A stretch of 64,000 nucleotides of DNA from Gallionella sp. Lineage in GTDB: Bacteria; Pseudomonadota; Gammaproteobacteria; Burkholderiales; Gallionellaceae. The notes under the pieces are model-generated. The model worked only from the letters and a program-made list of their open reading frames with translations. It was not told where the DNA came from and ran no database searches. The DNA lies in contig JAUYJO010000106.1 in the NCBI GenBank assembly GCA_030700315.1, forward strand, positions 9,336-73,335, in the 5' to 3' direction. Below are positions 19,899 to 31,000 of this stretch, piece by piece. A program made the translations under genes and the position numbers. Positions within the stretch are counted from its first letter, which is position 1. The number at the start of each line of letters is the position of its first letter.

Positions 19899-20837
19899 AT
19901 GCACACACTGATTTGCGGCTCGATGGCCTACGACACCATCATGGTGTTTCCGGATCAATTCAAGAAACATATTCTGCCGGAGCAGATTCATATCCTCAAC
20001 GTGGCTTTCCTGGTGCCGGAAATGCGCCGCGAGTTTGGCGGCTGTGCGGGCAACATCGCGTATAACCTGCAACTGTTCGGCGGCAATCCGCTGATCATGG
20101 CGACGGTGGGCGACGATTTCGATTCTTATGCAACACGCCTGAAAAAACTCGGCCTGTCACAGCAGCACATCCGCCCTGTGCCGGATAGTTTCACCGGACA
20201 GGCGTTTATCACCACCGACCTGGACGACAACCAGATCACCGCATTCCATCCCGGCGCGATGAGTTTTTCCGAACGCAACCATGTCGGCGACGCAAAAAAT
20301 ATCAGCCTTGGCATCGTCTCGCCGGATGGCCGCGAGGGCATGCTGCAGCACGCGCGCGAATTTCACGAAGCGGGCATCCCGTGGGTATTTGACCCGGGCC
20401 AGGGGATGCCGATGTTTGGCGGCGATGAGCTGCTGCGCTTCGTCGAGCAGGCCGACTATGTGACGGTAAACGATTATGAGGCGCAACTGCTGCAGGATAA
20501 GACCGGCAGAAAAATTGAAGAACTTGCCAAAGCGAAACGCGCCTTCATCGTGACGCTCGGCGCGCAAGGTTCAATCATTTACAGCAGCGGCAAGGAGATT
20601 GCGATCCCCTGTGCCAAGCCCACCGCACTGCTCGACCCGACCGGCTGCGGCGACGCATATCGCGCCGGGTTGCTGCACGGCATCCAGCAGGGCTGGGACT
20701 GGGAGACCACCGGACGGTTGGCCTCGCTGCTCGGCACGCTCAAGATCGCCAGCCGTGGCGGACAGAATCACGCGCCGTCCCGCGACGAAATAAAAGCGCA
20801 GTTCCAGCAGCACTTTGGTTTTTCTGTACCGCTGTAG
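19899..20837 (+). CDS. PfkB-family carbohydrate/adenosine kinase
   Basis: GSMAYDTIM, EFGGCAGNIAY, FDPGQ, NDYEA, DPTGCGDAYRAG. Confidence 0.93.
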   Translation: MHTLICGSMAYDTIMVFPDQFKKHILPEQIHILNVAFLVPEMRREFGGCAGNIAYNLQLFGGNPLIMATVGDDFDSYATRLKKLGLSQQHIRPVPDSFTGQAFITTDLDDNQITAFHPGAMSFSERNHVGDAKNISLGIVSPDGREGMLQHAREFHEAGIPWVFDPGQGMPMFGGDELLRFVEQADYVTVNDYEAQLLQDKTGRKIEELAKAKRAFIVTLGAQGSIIYSSGKEIAIPCAKPTALLDPTGCGDAYRAGLLHGIQQGWDWETTGRLASLLGTLKIASRGGQNHAPSRDEIKAQFQQHFGFSVPL

Positions 20838-20840
20838 ATC

Positions 20841-21380
20841 ATGCGTAGCGCCTTGCTCATCGTCGCACTGTTGCTGGCCGGGTGCGCCAGCGATCGGCAG
20901 GTTGGCATCGGTAGCGGCGATAACGCTGACAATGTTGCCGTCATCAGGCTGGGCGTGATCGAAAGTGTCACGCCGATTGAAATGGATGCCAGTTCCGGCA
21001 GCGGCTCCTCCGTCGGCGGTGTCTTCGGACAAGTCGGCGGCGCCAGTGCGGGCGGCGGGCGCGGCGCTACAGTGGGCACAATACTCGGCGGTGTGCTCGG
21101 CGGCACACTCGGTCATCAGGCGGGTATCGCGACCAAGCCAGGCATGGAAATCTGGATCCGGCTGGATGGCGGGGAAGGCAAGAGCGCTTATGTGATGCAG
21201 CCCGGCAACCCGGAGATATTCAAGGTTGGCGACCGCGTGCGCGTGGTGCGCAATAAAGGCAAAACACATGTCGAGCCGGAAATCGTCCCGGAAATTATCC
21301 CCAAAATCATCCCAAATATTATTCAGGACAAGCCTCAAGACACTCCTGAAAACGCGGCGAAAGAAGCCCCCAAGCCCTGA
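20841..21380 (+). CDS. Glycine-zipper outer-membrane lipoprotein (SlyB-like)
   Basis: Lipobox LAGC, GxxxG zipper, 'VMQ......FKVGDRVRV', low-complexity tail. Confidence 0.8.
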   Translation: MRSALLIVALLLAGCASDRQVGIGSGDNADNVAVIRLGVIESVTPIEMDASSGSGSSVGGVFGQVGGASAGGGRGATVGTILGGVLGGTLGHQAGIATKPGMEIWIRLDGGEGKSAYVMQPGNPEIFKVGDRVRVVRNKGKTHVEPEIVPEIIPKIIPNIIQDKPQDTPENAAKEAPKP

Positions 21381-21433
21381 TGGCGGATTGGTCAGTCATC
21401 TCGGCAGCAATCGGTTCGGCAACGCGGCAACCC

Positions 21434-21508
21434 AATCATGCCAACCTGTTCGATGGCGGCTATGCAAGACAGGCGGAGCAGATGATGCAGAAGTTGCTGG
21501 CCGGTTAA
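21434..21508 (+). pseudogene. C-terminal stub resembling a fructosamine-kinase family gene
   Basis: Translates NHANLFDGGYARQAEQMMQKLLAG*, like the LNHxNLFGGGY C-terminus of that family. No intact gene upstream. Confidence 0.5.
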
Positions 21509-21624
21509 GGAACTTGATACGCCTCATTGCGTCTTATCCGCGCCAGTGCCTATTTCCCGCCACGACCAAACAATTTACAATTCGTTAACCGATCCGGCAT
21601 GGCAAGAATGCCGCCTGAACAAAG

Positions 21625-22020
21625 ATGATGACCACCATGAAAAACTCCCTATTGATAGCCATCGTATCGCTTGCGATATTTTCCGCATATAGCGGCAAAA
21701 ACGAGGCCGTTGCCGCAACGCCCAATGCGGTGATACCGGCAAACCTGGCAACCGGAGAGAAGGTTTTCAAAAGCACTTGCAGCATTTGCCATAAGACCGG
21801 ATTAAGAGGCGCGCCGCGTATGGGCAACAAGCTGGATTGGGAATCGCGCCTCGCGCAAGACAAGGAAATTCTCTATGACCACGCCATAAACGGCTATCGG
21901 GGAAAGAAAGGCAATATGCCGTCGCGCGGGTCCAATACCAAGTTGACCGTGGAAGAGGTCAAGGCATCGGTGGACTACATGATCGAACATGCCATACCGA
22001 GCTGGACCATGGAAAAGTGA
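21625..22020 (+). CDS. Cytochrome c5-family monoheme protein
   Basis: Signal-like N-terminus, CSICH, GAP..G...DW..R, HAING, axial Met in MPSRG. Confidence 0.9.
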   Translation: MMTTMKNSLLIAIVSLAIFSAYSGKNEAVAATPNAVIPANLATGEKVFKSTCSICHKTGLRGAPRMGNKLDWESRLAQDKEILYDHAINGYRGKKGNMPSRGSNTKLTVEEVKASVDYMIEHAIPSWTMEK

Positions 22021-22110
22021 TGCGAAAAAAAGATGAGCATCGAAAAATTTCCGGCCCGCATTCGCAACCATCCAGAAAGCAAGGTTAACGGTGCGACCAC
22101 CACGAAATTT

Positions 22111-22494
22111 TTACGGCAGCAAACTTTCAAGCGCCGGAAAAAGCTCCCTTTCTTCGAAGCGGACATGCGCCGACAAGAGCTTGCCGAAATTGTCCAACGC
22201 TTCAATATCATTCTCCCGCAAACCATCGAGCAGCCCGCGCAGTTGCTGGTGATCCGACTGGGTGCGTTGTGCGAGCGGCTGGTTTTCTGCCTCATGCAGG
22301 AGCGGCAGCAACGACTGCTCCTCAACTTGAAAATGCGGCTCCAGTTCAACGGCGAATGCCCGAATCACGCGCTGGCAGGTTTCGCTTATCTGATTCTCGT
22401 CACGCGATTGCGCCGCTCGTTCGCATGCCTTAGCCAAAGTAAGCGCGGTGTGGTGCTCGCGCGATAAGGGTTGCAGCGCCGTGCTTCTCTTCAT
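22111..22494 (-). CDS. Hemerythrin-like domain protein
   Basis: LSREHH, HFQVEE, DH..L, HVRFEERELFP. Confidence 0.88.
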   Translation of the reverse strand: MKRSTALQPLSREHHTALTLAKACERAAQSRDENQISETCQRVIRAFAVELEPHFQVEEQSLLPLLHEAENQPLAQRTQSDHQQLRGLLDGLRENDIEALDNFGKLLSAHVRFEERELFPALESLLP

Positions 22495-22506
22495 GGTATG
22501 CGCCGA

Positions 22507-23115
22507 TCAAACAGGGGCCAGCGCAAAAACCTGCGGATCGTTGCCGTAATCGAGCAGGATGCGGCGCACCCGCTCCTGCCATAGCGCTTGGAATTCGGCA
22601 GTTTCAGCCGGGGTAGCCGTCCGGTCAAGGCAACTTGCCATCAGCTCCGATACGCGCGGCGAGCCCGGCACATGTTGTAAATTGGCCGCAGCATAGACCG
22701 CCTGACCCGTATCCAGCCGGGTAAAGCGCAGCTCCCCCGGCATGTCCACCGCAAAGAACAGCAAACGCCGCCGGTCAAATTGTCCGGCCAGACCCTTGAA
22801 GCCGGTATCCAACGTCGCGCCGGTCAACATGCTCACGACATTGGCGATAACGCCGGTCACGCCGCTGCTGCTGTCCTGCCTGAACTCCACGCGGATAGCG
22901 CCGCGCACCGGCAGTGTGTCCGGGTAGAGAAAGGCCAAGGCCTTGCAGGTTGACCAGTAGGTTGACGCAACCGTCGGACAGGAATGCCCGGCCAGCCGCA
23001 CCGCATCGACATAGCCGTATTGCAGAATCCCGCCTTGCGTTGCGCCGAGAAATTCGGCTAACGGGTCATGCAGGCTGATTCTGGGTACTTCGTCAAAAAA
23101 ATCTGGATAGATCAT
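22507..23115 (-). CDS. FmdE-like conserved protein
   Basis: DPLAEFLGA, LAGHSCPTVA (H-x-C-P metal motif), GVTGV, GFKGLAG.F.RR.LL. Confidence 0.7.
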   Translation of the reverse strand: MIYPDFFDEVPRISLHDPLAEFLGATQGGILQYGYVDAVRLAGHSCPTVASTYWSTCKALAFLYPDTLPVRGAIRVEFRQDSSSGVTGVIANVVSMLTGATLDTGFKGLAGQFDRRRLLFFAVDMPGELRFTRLDTGQAVYAAANLQHVPGSPRVSELMASCLDRTATPAETAEFQALWQERVRRILLDYGNDPQVFALAPV

Positions 23116-23192
23116 ATTCGTCGCCAAGTTTACTGTGAAAGAACGCAACTACTCAGGTCGAAGTAGTATGCTCGAAATAGCCACAACGTCAG

Positions 23193-23313
23193 TCCCTTCC
23201 CCCTTGCAGGGGGAAGGTTAGGATGGGGGTGGGAGGGTGGAATCATCGCAAAGTATCTTTATATCCAACCTTTCTACCCCCATCCCGGCCTTCCTCCTGC
23301 AAGGAGGAAGGAG
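23193..23313. repeat. Inverted pair of CCTTCCCCCTTGCAGGGGGAAGG-type palindromes
   Basis: TCCCTTCCCCCTTGCAGGGGGAAGGTTAGGATGGGGGT ... ACCCCCATCCCGGCCTTCCTCCTGCAAGGAGGAAGGAG. Same family as the insert in polA. Confidence 0.85.
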
Positions 23314-23355
23314 AAAAGCGGCAGCACCTGAGTAAATCAAAGAAAGCGGGCAATT

Positions 23356-25590
23356 TTATAAGGAAAAATCTACTTCAGCCGTCACATTGCGCCCCGGCAG
23401 CAGAAAATACGAATAGGCCTTCTTATCCAATAGATTATTGATGGCAATCGAGCCCTTCACCATTTTGGAGAACGCATAGCCAACCTTGGCATTGACCATG
23501 GTGTGCGCATCGTAGCTGCCCGGCACACCTTCCACAGCGTCGGTGTTTTGTGCATTCCAGAAAATATGGCTCACATAGCGCGCATTCAACGCGCCGGACC
23601 AGTCTCCCTGATGCGCGGTCAGACCGATGCCGGCGATGTTCCTGGGAGAGTCCGTCAGGCGCTTGCCGATGCTCAAAGGATCGGCTGCGTTTTCCAGCAT
23701 TTTAGAATCAATATAAGCATAGTTGGCACCTAATTCGAGCCAATTTGCCAATTTTGTCGCAATATCCAGCTCAATTCCCTGCACTTTCGCTTTCGCCGCA
23801 TTGATGCGCAGCGAATTGGTCGCGTTAACCTGCATCAGATAAATCAGGTCGCTTAACCGCGTGTCGTAGTAGGTGGCCGTTGCCTTGGTATTCTCCATGA
23901 ATCGAAGCTCCCCGCACACTTCCCAGGTCGTGCCGCGCTCGGGTTGCAGGTTGGGGTCGCCGGTAGTTGTCCGGCCTCGGCTGGTTGAGGAGGTGTACAA
24001 GTCTTGATTGGTGGGCGCGCGGAAAGATCTGCCGAATGAGGCGCGCAATATGGCCGCTTCGGATAGTTTGTACACACCAGACACTTTGGGGCTGAATGCC
24101 GAGATACTGCGCGACGCATAGAGCGTCGTACCGATCGGTGCGACGTTGTTGAAATTATCGCCCTGGGTTTCCCAGTCATCCCAGCGTCCGCCCAGATAAA
24201 TCTTGAGCGCGTCCGTTGCGCTGATTTCGTCCTGCGCAAAAACGGAAACCGTCGTCGATTGGCCGTTGTAGCCGCTGTTCATGGCGGTTTTGAAGCCCGG
24301 GTTACGCCAGTTGGAAAGCGCGTAGATTTGCTGATTCACCGAGTCCTTATGCAACGCCAGCCCCGTCACCACGAAATGGTTATTGCCTACCGGAAAACTT
24401 AACTGGACGGTGCCGTCGAGGCCATCGTTCGGCGTATCCGAAAGGGTGCCCGTGCCGCTGTTCCAGGTGGCGGTCGGGCTTGCCAGCGTAAAGTTATAGG
24501 TGCGCTCGATTTTTCCGAGGTCGGCTTTCAGCAGGTAGTCGTTGCCGATGGCTCCGTCATAACCGACAAAATACCGCGACGTGGTTTCATGCAGCGGTAA
24601 AAACGAAAAAAGGGTGAAATCGTAATTCGTCAGGGCGACACGCTGCCCGTTGATGTCCAGCGTCCCGCTGGAAACCGGCGCGCCGCTGGCGGCATTCCTG
24701 AGGTAGGTGTTGAACTGGGTGTAACTTTGCCGGGTTTCCTGATGATTGATGCCGGCGTAAATTTTGTCGCGGGCATTCAGGTCATAGAACAGCTTGGCGG
24801 TGGCGTTGGTCGATTCCCACGGCGCAGCTCCCAAATCGCCCAGCAGATAAGTCGGTGCGCCCTCCCGTGTGGTGATGGCCTGCGCGCCTGTGACAGGCGT
24901 GCCTGCCGCTCCGGCGACCGGAGCCTTGACGACAAAATCGTTCACGTAACTGTCGCGGTTCTGATAGCCGAGCCCGCCCACGAACCCCAGCCCGCTGTCC
25001 ATCTTGTCGCGGAAATAAATGCTGGCATCCTCGCCGCTGGCATCGCTCCAGCCTTTCTTGATCTTGGCGGTGAACTCGCGCTTGTCCGGCTGTTTGGTGA
25101 TGATATTGACCACGCCGCCAATGGCGTTGCTGCCGTACAGCGAAGAAAATGCGCCGGGAACCACCTCGACACGGGCGATATCCTCGACAAACGGGACCCG
25201 CCAGTTGGTTTTTCCGGAGCTGGCGTCCTGAATCGGCTGGCCGTCGAGCAGGATGAGCGTTTTGGTCTGGTCGATGCCGCGCAGCGACATGCCGCTGGTT
25301 CCTATGGTGCCCTGCGACTGGCCGAGCGCGCCGCCGCGCAAATAGAGGCTGGGTACCTGTTCCAGCACATCGCCGAGGCGCGATGCATTTTTTGTTTCGA
25401 TATTCTGGGCATTAACTACCGTTACCGCTGCAGGCGCATCGGAGAGCGTAGCCTTGGTGCGGGTTGCCGTCACCACCACCTCGCCCAGCTCTACCGCATC
25501 AGCGTTCTCCGCTGCGTCCGCCACGTTGGACAGACAGCCAATACAACCCAATGCCAATAATAACTTTCTTTTGTTCAACTGAACTTTCAT
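23356..25590 (-). CDS. TonB-dependent outer-membrane receptor
   Basis: Signal peptide, TonB box EVVVTATR, plug (RG...TLILLDG, RVEV.PG..SSLYG..A.GGV.NIITK), NL.PE, NNLLDK, aromatic C-terminus. Confidence 0.95.
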   Translation of the reverse strand: MKVQLNKRKLLLALGCIGCLSNVADAAENADAVELGEVVVTATRTKATLSDAPAAVTVVNAQNIETKNASRLGDVLEQVPSLYLRGGALGQSQGTIGTSGMSLRGIDQTKTLILLDGQPIQDASSGKTNWRVPFVEDIARVEVVPGAFSSLYGSNAIGGVVNIITKQPDKREFTAKIKKGWSDASGEDASIYFRDKMDSGLGFVGGLGYQNRDSYVNDFVVKAPVAGAAGTPVTGAQAITTREGAPTYLLGDLGAAPWESTNATAKLFYDLNARDKIYAGINHQETRQSYTQFNTYLRNAASGAPVSSGTLDINGQRVALTNYDFTLFSFLPLHETTSRYFVGYDGAIGNDYLLKADLGKIERTYNFTLASPTATWNSGTGTLSDTPNDGLDGTVQLSFPVGNNHFVVTGLALHKDSVNQQIYALSNWRNPGFKTAMNSGYNGQSTTVSVFAQDEISATDALKIYLGGRWDDWETQGDNFNNVAPIGTTLYASRSISAFSPKVSGVYKLSEAAILRASFGRSFRAPTNQDLYTSSTSRGRTTTGDPNLQPERGTTWEVCGELRFMENTKATATYYDTRLSDLIYLMQVNATNSLRINAAKAKVQGIELDIATKLANWLELGANYAYIDSKMLENAADPLSIGKRLTDSPRNIAGIGLTAHQGDWSGALNARYVSHIFWNAQNTDAVEGVPGSYDAHTMVNAKVGYAFSKMVKGSIAINNLLDKKAYSYFLLPGRNVTAEVDFSL

Positions 25591-25622
25591 GATATTTTCT
25601 GTGGTACTGCCAATAAAACAAT

Positions 25623-25648
25623 AAAAAAGGGCGGGTCACCCCGCCCTT
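25623..25648 (-). terminator. Rho-independent terminator downstream of nirS
   Basis: Minus strand AAGGGCGGG-GTGA-CCCGCCCTT followed by a T run. Confidence 0.8.
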
Positions 25649-25685
25649 CAAATACATACTCTCTAACACTAAGCCTCCGATCCGC

Positions 25686-25712
25686 CATTCCGGCAAAAAA
25701 CGCCGGAATGAC
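25686..25712. repeat. Hairpin CATTCCGGC-N7-GCCGGAATG just 3' of nirS
   Basis: Perfect 9-bp stem. Same arms as 17305-17362. Confidence 0.6.
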
Positions 25713-25736
25713 TGAATCAGAATTTACCCAGGAATC

Positions 25737-27389
<1,653 letters not shown>

Positions 27390-27505
27390 TTAAATTAACA
27401 GCTCCCACTGCGAATCTTAAGGTTGCCTTAAAAAACCTGCCGATAAACAGCCTTCCCAGAATGCACAAAATAAAAGCCATCGTCAAGAGGGAACTACTAA
27501 AATTT

Positions 27506-27533
27506 TGCATCAACATTTTTCGATGTTGTTGCA
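27506..27533. promoter_or_regulatory. Imperfect palindrome upstream of nirS (putative operator)
   Basis: TGCATCAACAT-TTTTCG-ATGTTGTTGCA, 10/11 arm match, in an AT-rich spacer. Confidence 0.4.
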
Positions 27534-27710
27534 TATGACTAAAACACAGTGTTTTTTCGGGATTTTTTTGTTGTGTTGTTGTTTTTTCGCCGATCCCCGT
27601 TTTTTCCCCATTTTTTTCTATCGCTCAATGCGCTTTTATGATAATGGCAGTTGGCGTTGTCCAATTCAGCGGGAATGAGGTGCTTCCAATTTTGGCTCTG
27701 GTCGTCCGGC

Positions 27711-28058
27711 TTAGAGTTTTCCTGTCGCCATTTTTATTTCGGCATCCGGCAAAGCCTGTCTGTTGGAGAGTGCCTCTGCAAGTTCGGCGTTGCGCTTTTC
27801 ATGTTCGGCCAACCGGAGTTCGAGATCGGCGATCTGGCGGCTCATCCGGGCGATGGCCCACTGGCGGCGGATCATGGCGGGCGATGAAACCAGCCCGGCG
27901 ATCAGCGCCCCAAGGCCGAGCGTCACGAGCAGCACCAGTGCCAGCGAGTTTTCGAAATTCCAGAATCCGAGCGTGACGGTTACCGGCGCGATGTTCTGCA
28001 TGGCAAAAATCACCGCACCGATGGCGCAGACAATACCGACGATCAATCCGAGTTGCAT
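27711..28058 (-). CDS. LapA-family (DUF1049) membrane protein
   Basis: IFAMQN..PVTV...FW.F..SLALVLL followed by a coiled-coil tail. Confidence 0.82.
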   Translation of the reverse strand: MQLGLIVGIVCAIGAVIFAMQNIAPVTVTLGFWNFENSLALVLLVTLGLGALIAGLVSSPAMIRRQWAIARMSRQIADLELRLAEHEKRNAELAEALSNRQALPDAEIKMATGKL

Positions 28059-28094
28059 GGCAATCCCTCCTGCATTTATATGATGAACGGGCTT

Positions 28095-31000
28095 TCAGTC
28101 GAAAGCAAAATGGTAGAACACATCAATCGCATTATCCTCGCCGGATCGCGTGATGATGGAAATGCGCGGCGTCAGCGCATGGGTCAGTTTAATCGCCCCG
28201 GCCGCCGCCGTCAGCCCCTGCTCGTAACCGATATAGGTGCGTGCCGACAGGCGCTTGCCCAGGGTTAAAATCTGGCCGGTGAGCGGGTCGCCCGTCGGCG
28301 CCTGGCGCAAAGATATCTCATCGATGCCGAAAGCCTGCGCCAGTTGCGCCGTCAGCCCTTCGCCCTGCCCGCCGAGAATCGCGCCGGCGGCGGACAGCAG
28401 CAACGAGGTGTCGGTGCCGCCCGCGTCCGGGGGGCGACCGAGGACGATCCAGGACAGTTTTTCCGCATCGGGCACCGGCGGTGTCGAGACGAGGCGCACC
28501 ACCGGGCGCTGCGCCGTGCCGGTGACGCTGACCCCGGCCTCGACCGCCAGGTCCTTGCGCAGCGCCAGCACGTTGAGGCCCGGGTCGTCGAGAGCGCCCT
28601 GGAAATTTACGATGCCGCGCTCGACGGCGAGGCGCTGGCCGTAGGCATCGAAGGTGGCATCGCGGGTGGCGATGCTGCCGGTGGCGACCAGCGGACCGTC
28701 CCCGTCACCACGCACCCGCAACCTGCCGGTCAGACGCGCGGCAAGCCCGGTGGAGCGCAGGTGAAAATGCTCGCCCAGATCAAACGAGATGTCGCTCTCG
28801 ATGCGCGGCCCGCGCCGTTCGACCGGCAGTTGGCCGAGCACGACAATGTCCTCGGACAATTCGGGGCGACTGCTGGCCGCTTCGGCGATGAAGCCTGCGT
28901 CGGCAACCAGTTCGGCGCCAATTTTCAGCCGGTCGCGCTGCCGGTCTGCGCCGTAATTCAGCCGCGCTTTGCCGGATGCCACCACCCAGCGTTCCGGGCG
29001 CTGCGAGAGCGGCAAGCGGGTCAGTGTGGCGGTGAGGCTGGCACCGCGCTGGCGCAGGTCGAGTTCACCTTCGATATTCAGGCGACCGGGTTCCACCTGG
29101 GAAGTGAAACCCGCCGTGCGCGCGGCGCGCGGCGGCGGTTGCTGCGGCGCGATGAAAGCGAGCCGCTCCAGTACCGCTCGCTGCTGATCGAAGCGTATCG
29201 CGAGTTCGCCGTCGCGCAACTGGATGTTCTGGTCGATCAGGCCGACGGCCAGCCCGCCGCCGCGCACATGGCCGCTCAGGAGCGGCGCATCGAGAGTCCC
29301 CGAGAGTTCGGCGTCGATATCGAGCGCACCGGCGCTGGTCAGGTTGCCGTCGAGGGCAGGACCTACCCAGGCCAAGTCCGTGATCGCGGCCTTCAACCAG
29401 CCGGTAAGCGGCTCTTCGCCTGCCGCAGGACTTGGCGGGATAACGAAACCCGCCGCGCCGCCTGCGAGCGGTAGCGTCGCGCCCGCCTGCCAGTGGCCGA
29501 TGCGGCTACCCGCAGCGACAACATCGAGGCTCACGCGCCCGCCCGCGCTGTGCGCCTCCAGCCGCAGAGTTTCAAGGCCGGCTGCGCGCATGGCGGGCGG
29601 CAAAATGCCGGGCAGCATCCAGTCGCCGCTTTCGCGGTTGGCGCGCAGCCAGCCTTCGATGTGCGTTGCGCCCGAGAGCGACCATTCGCCGCCGATGCGC
29701 AGCGGCTCCAGACCGGAAAGCGCCTCATCTCCGGGGCGCAGCGCGATGCCGGTGTAGCGGCCACGGCTGGACCAGCGACCGGGTTGCCAGTCAATTTCCG
29801 CCGGCACGATGCGACCTCCGGCGAAGGCCAGCTCGGCCGCGCCGAGCGTGATGCGCGCACGGCTCGCCATCAGCTGTGCCGGGGCGATCAGTGCAAGCGG
29901 AAAGTCTCCGGAGAGAGATAATGTTTCGACCTTGCCCTGCCAGGCAAGGTCGCGCCAATTCGGCGAAGGCGCGTGCAGCGCCCCGGTTGCTGTCAAATGA
30001 GTGGCGCGTCCACCCGGCAGGTCGGCATTCACGCGCAGCCGATGTTGCATCGGCGTACCCTCGACAGACAGATCGAGCGCTCCGCTTAAATCCGCCGGCA
30101 AGCCCGGAACCAGCGCCCCCGGAACCAGAGCCCGAAGATGTGTCAGATCGGGCATCTTTACACTCAGTGCCAATTTTTCCGCCGGATCGCCCCAGCCGCC
30201 CTTGGCGTGCAGGCTGCTGTTGCCCAGGCGGATGTTCAGCGTGCCGCGCAGATGCGCCTTGCCGTTGGCGGCGAGCAACTCGTCGGGGCGGTCGAGACCG
30301 GCAAAGCTCAGGTCGCCGTCGCCAGCCAGTATCTGGCCGGGCAGGCTGCTCTTGCCCAGGGCGAAACGCAGGCGTCCATCAAATTGCGGCGCGAGACGGC
30401 CACTGCCTTCGAATTCGGCATTCAGATCGGCGCGGGAGATTTCAACGAAGGCGGACGGGTCGAAATGCCGCAGTGTGCCGGCAAATTGCCAGGCTTGCTC
30501 CGTGTCGAGCCGCAGTTCCCCCGCGCCAGCCAATTCCGCCGCGCCCTGCGCCAGAAGCAGGCGGGAGAGCGTCAGCGTGTCGCCGCGTCGCGCGAGTTCC
30601 GCGTCGAGATGCCGTGCGCCGTCGGCGAGAGCCAGCGTGGCCCGCTGCGCGTCGGCATCGCCGCTCATGAGAATGCGGCCGGCCAGCCGCATGGGGCGTA
30701 ACGCGGAATGCAGCGCGGACGGATCGAGCTGCGCCACCTTGAGATCGGCATCGCCTTGCGGCCAGGGCGCGGCATCCGGCCATACCAGATCAACGCGCCC
30801 GCCCGCCGTTCCGCCCGCGCCGATTTTGAGCACCAGATCATCGAGGCGCAGGCGGCGCGGGCCGGTGTCCCAATGCAGTACCAGGCTGGTCTCGGCGCGG
30901 GAGAACGGCAGCCCGCCACGATCCAGCGGCAGCGGCGCGGCATTGTCCGCGCGCAGGTGGCCTGCCAGCGCGCCGTCGGCTTGCGGTGCCAGATCGACAT

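Noticed and set aside
21514-21527. FNR-like box TTGAT-ACGC-CTCAT upstream of the cytochrome c5 gene
   Set aside because: Only 8/10 match with a weak right half-site. Cannot be separated from chance by eye.
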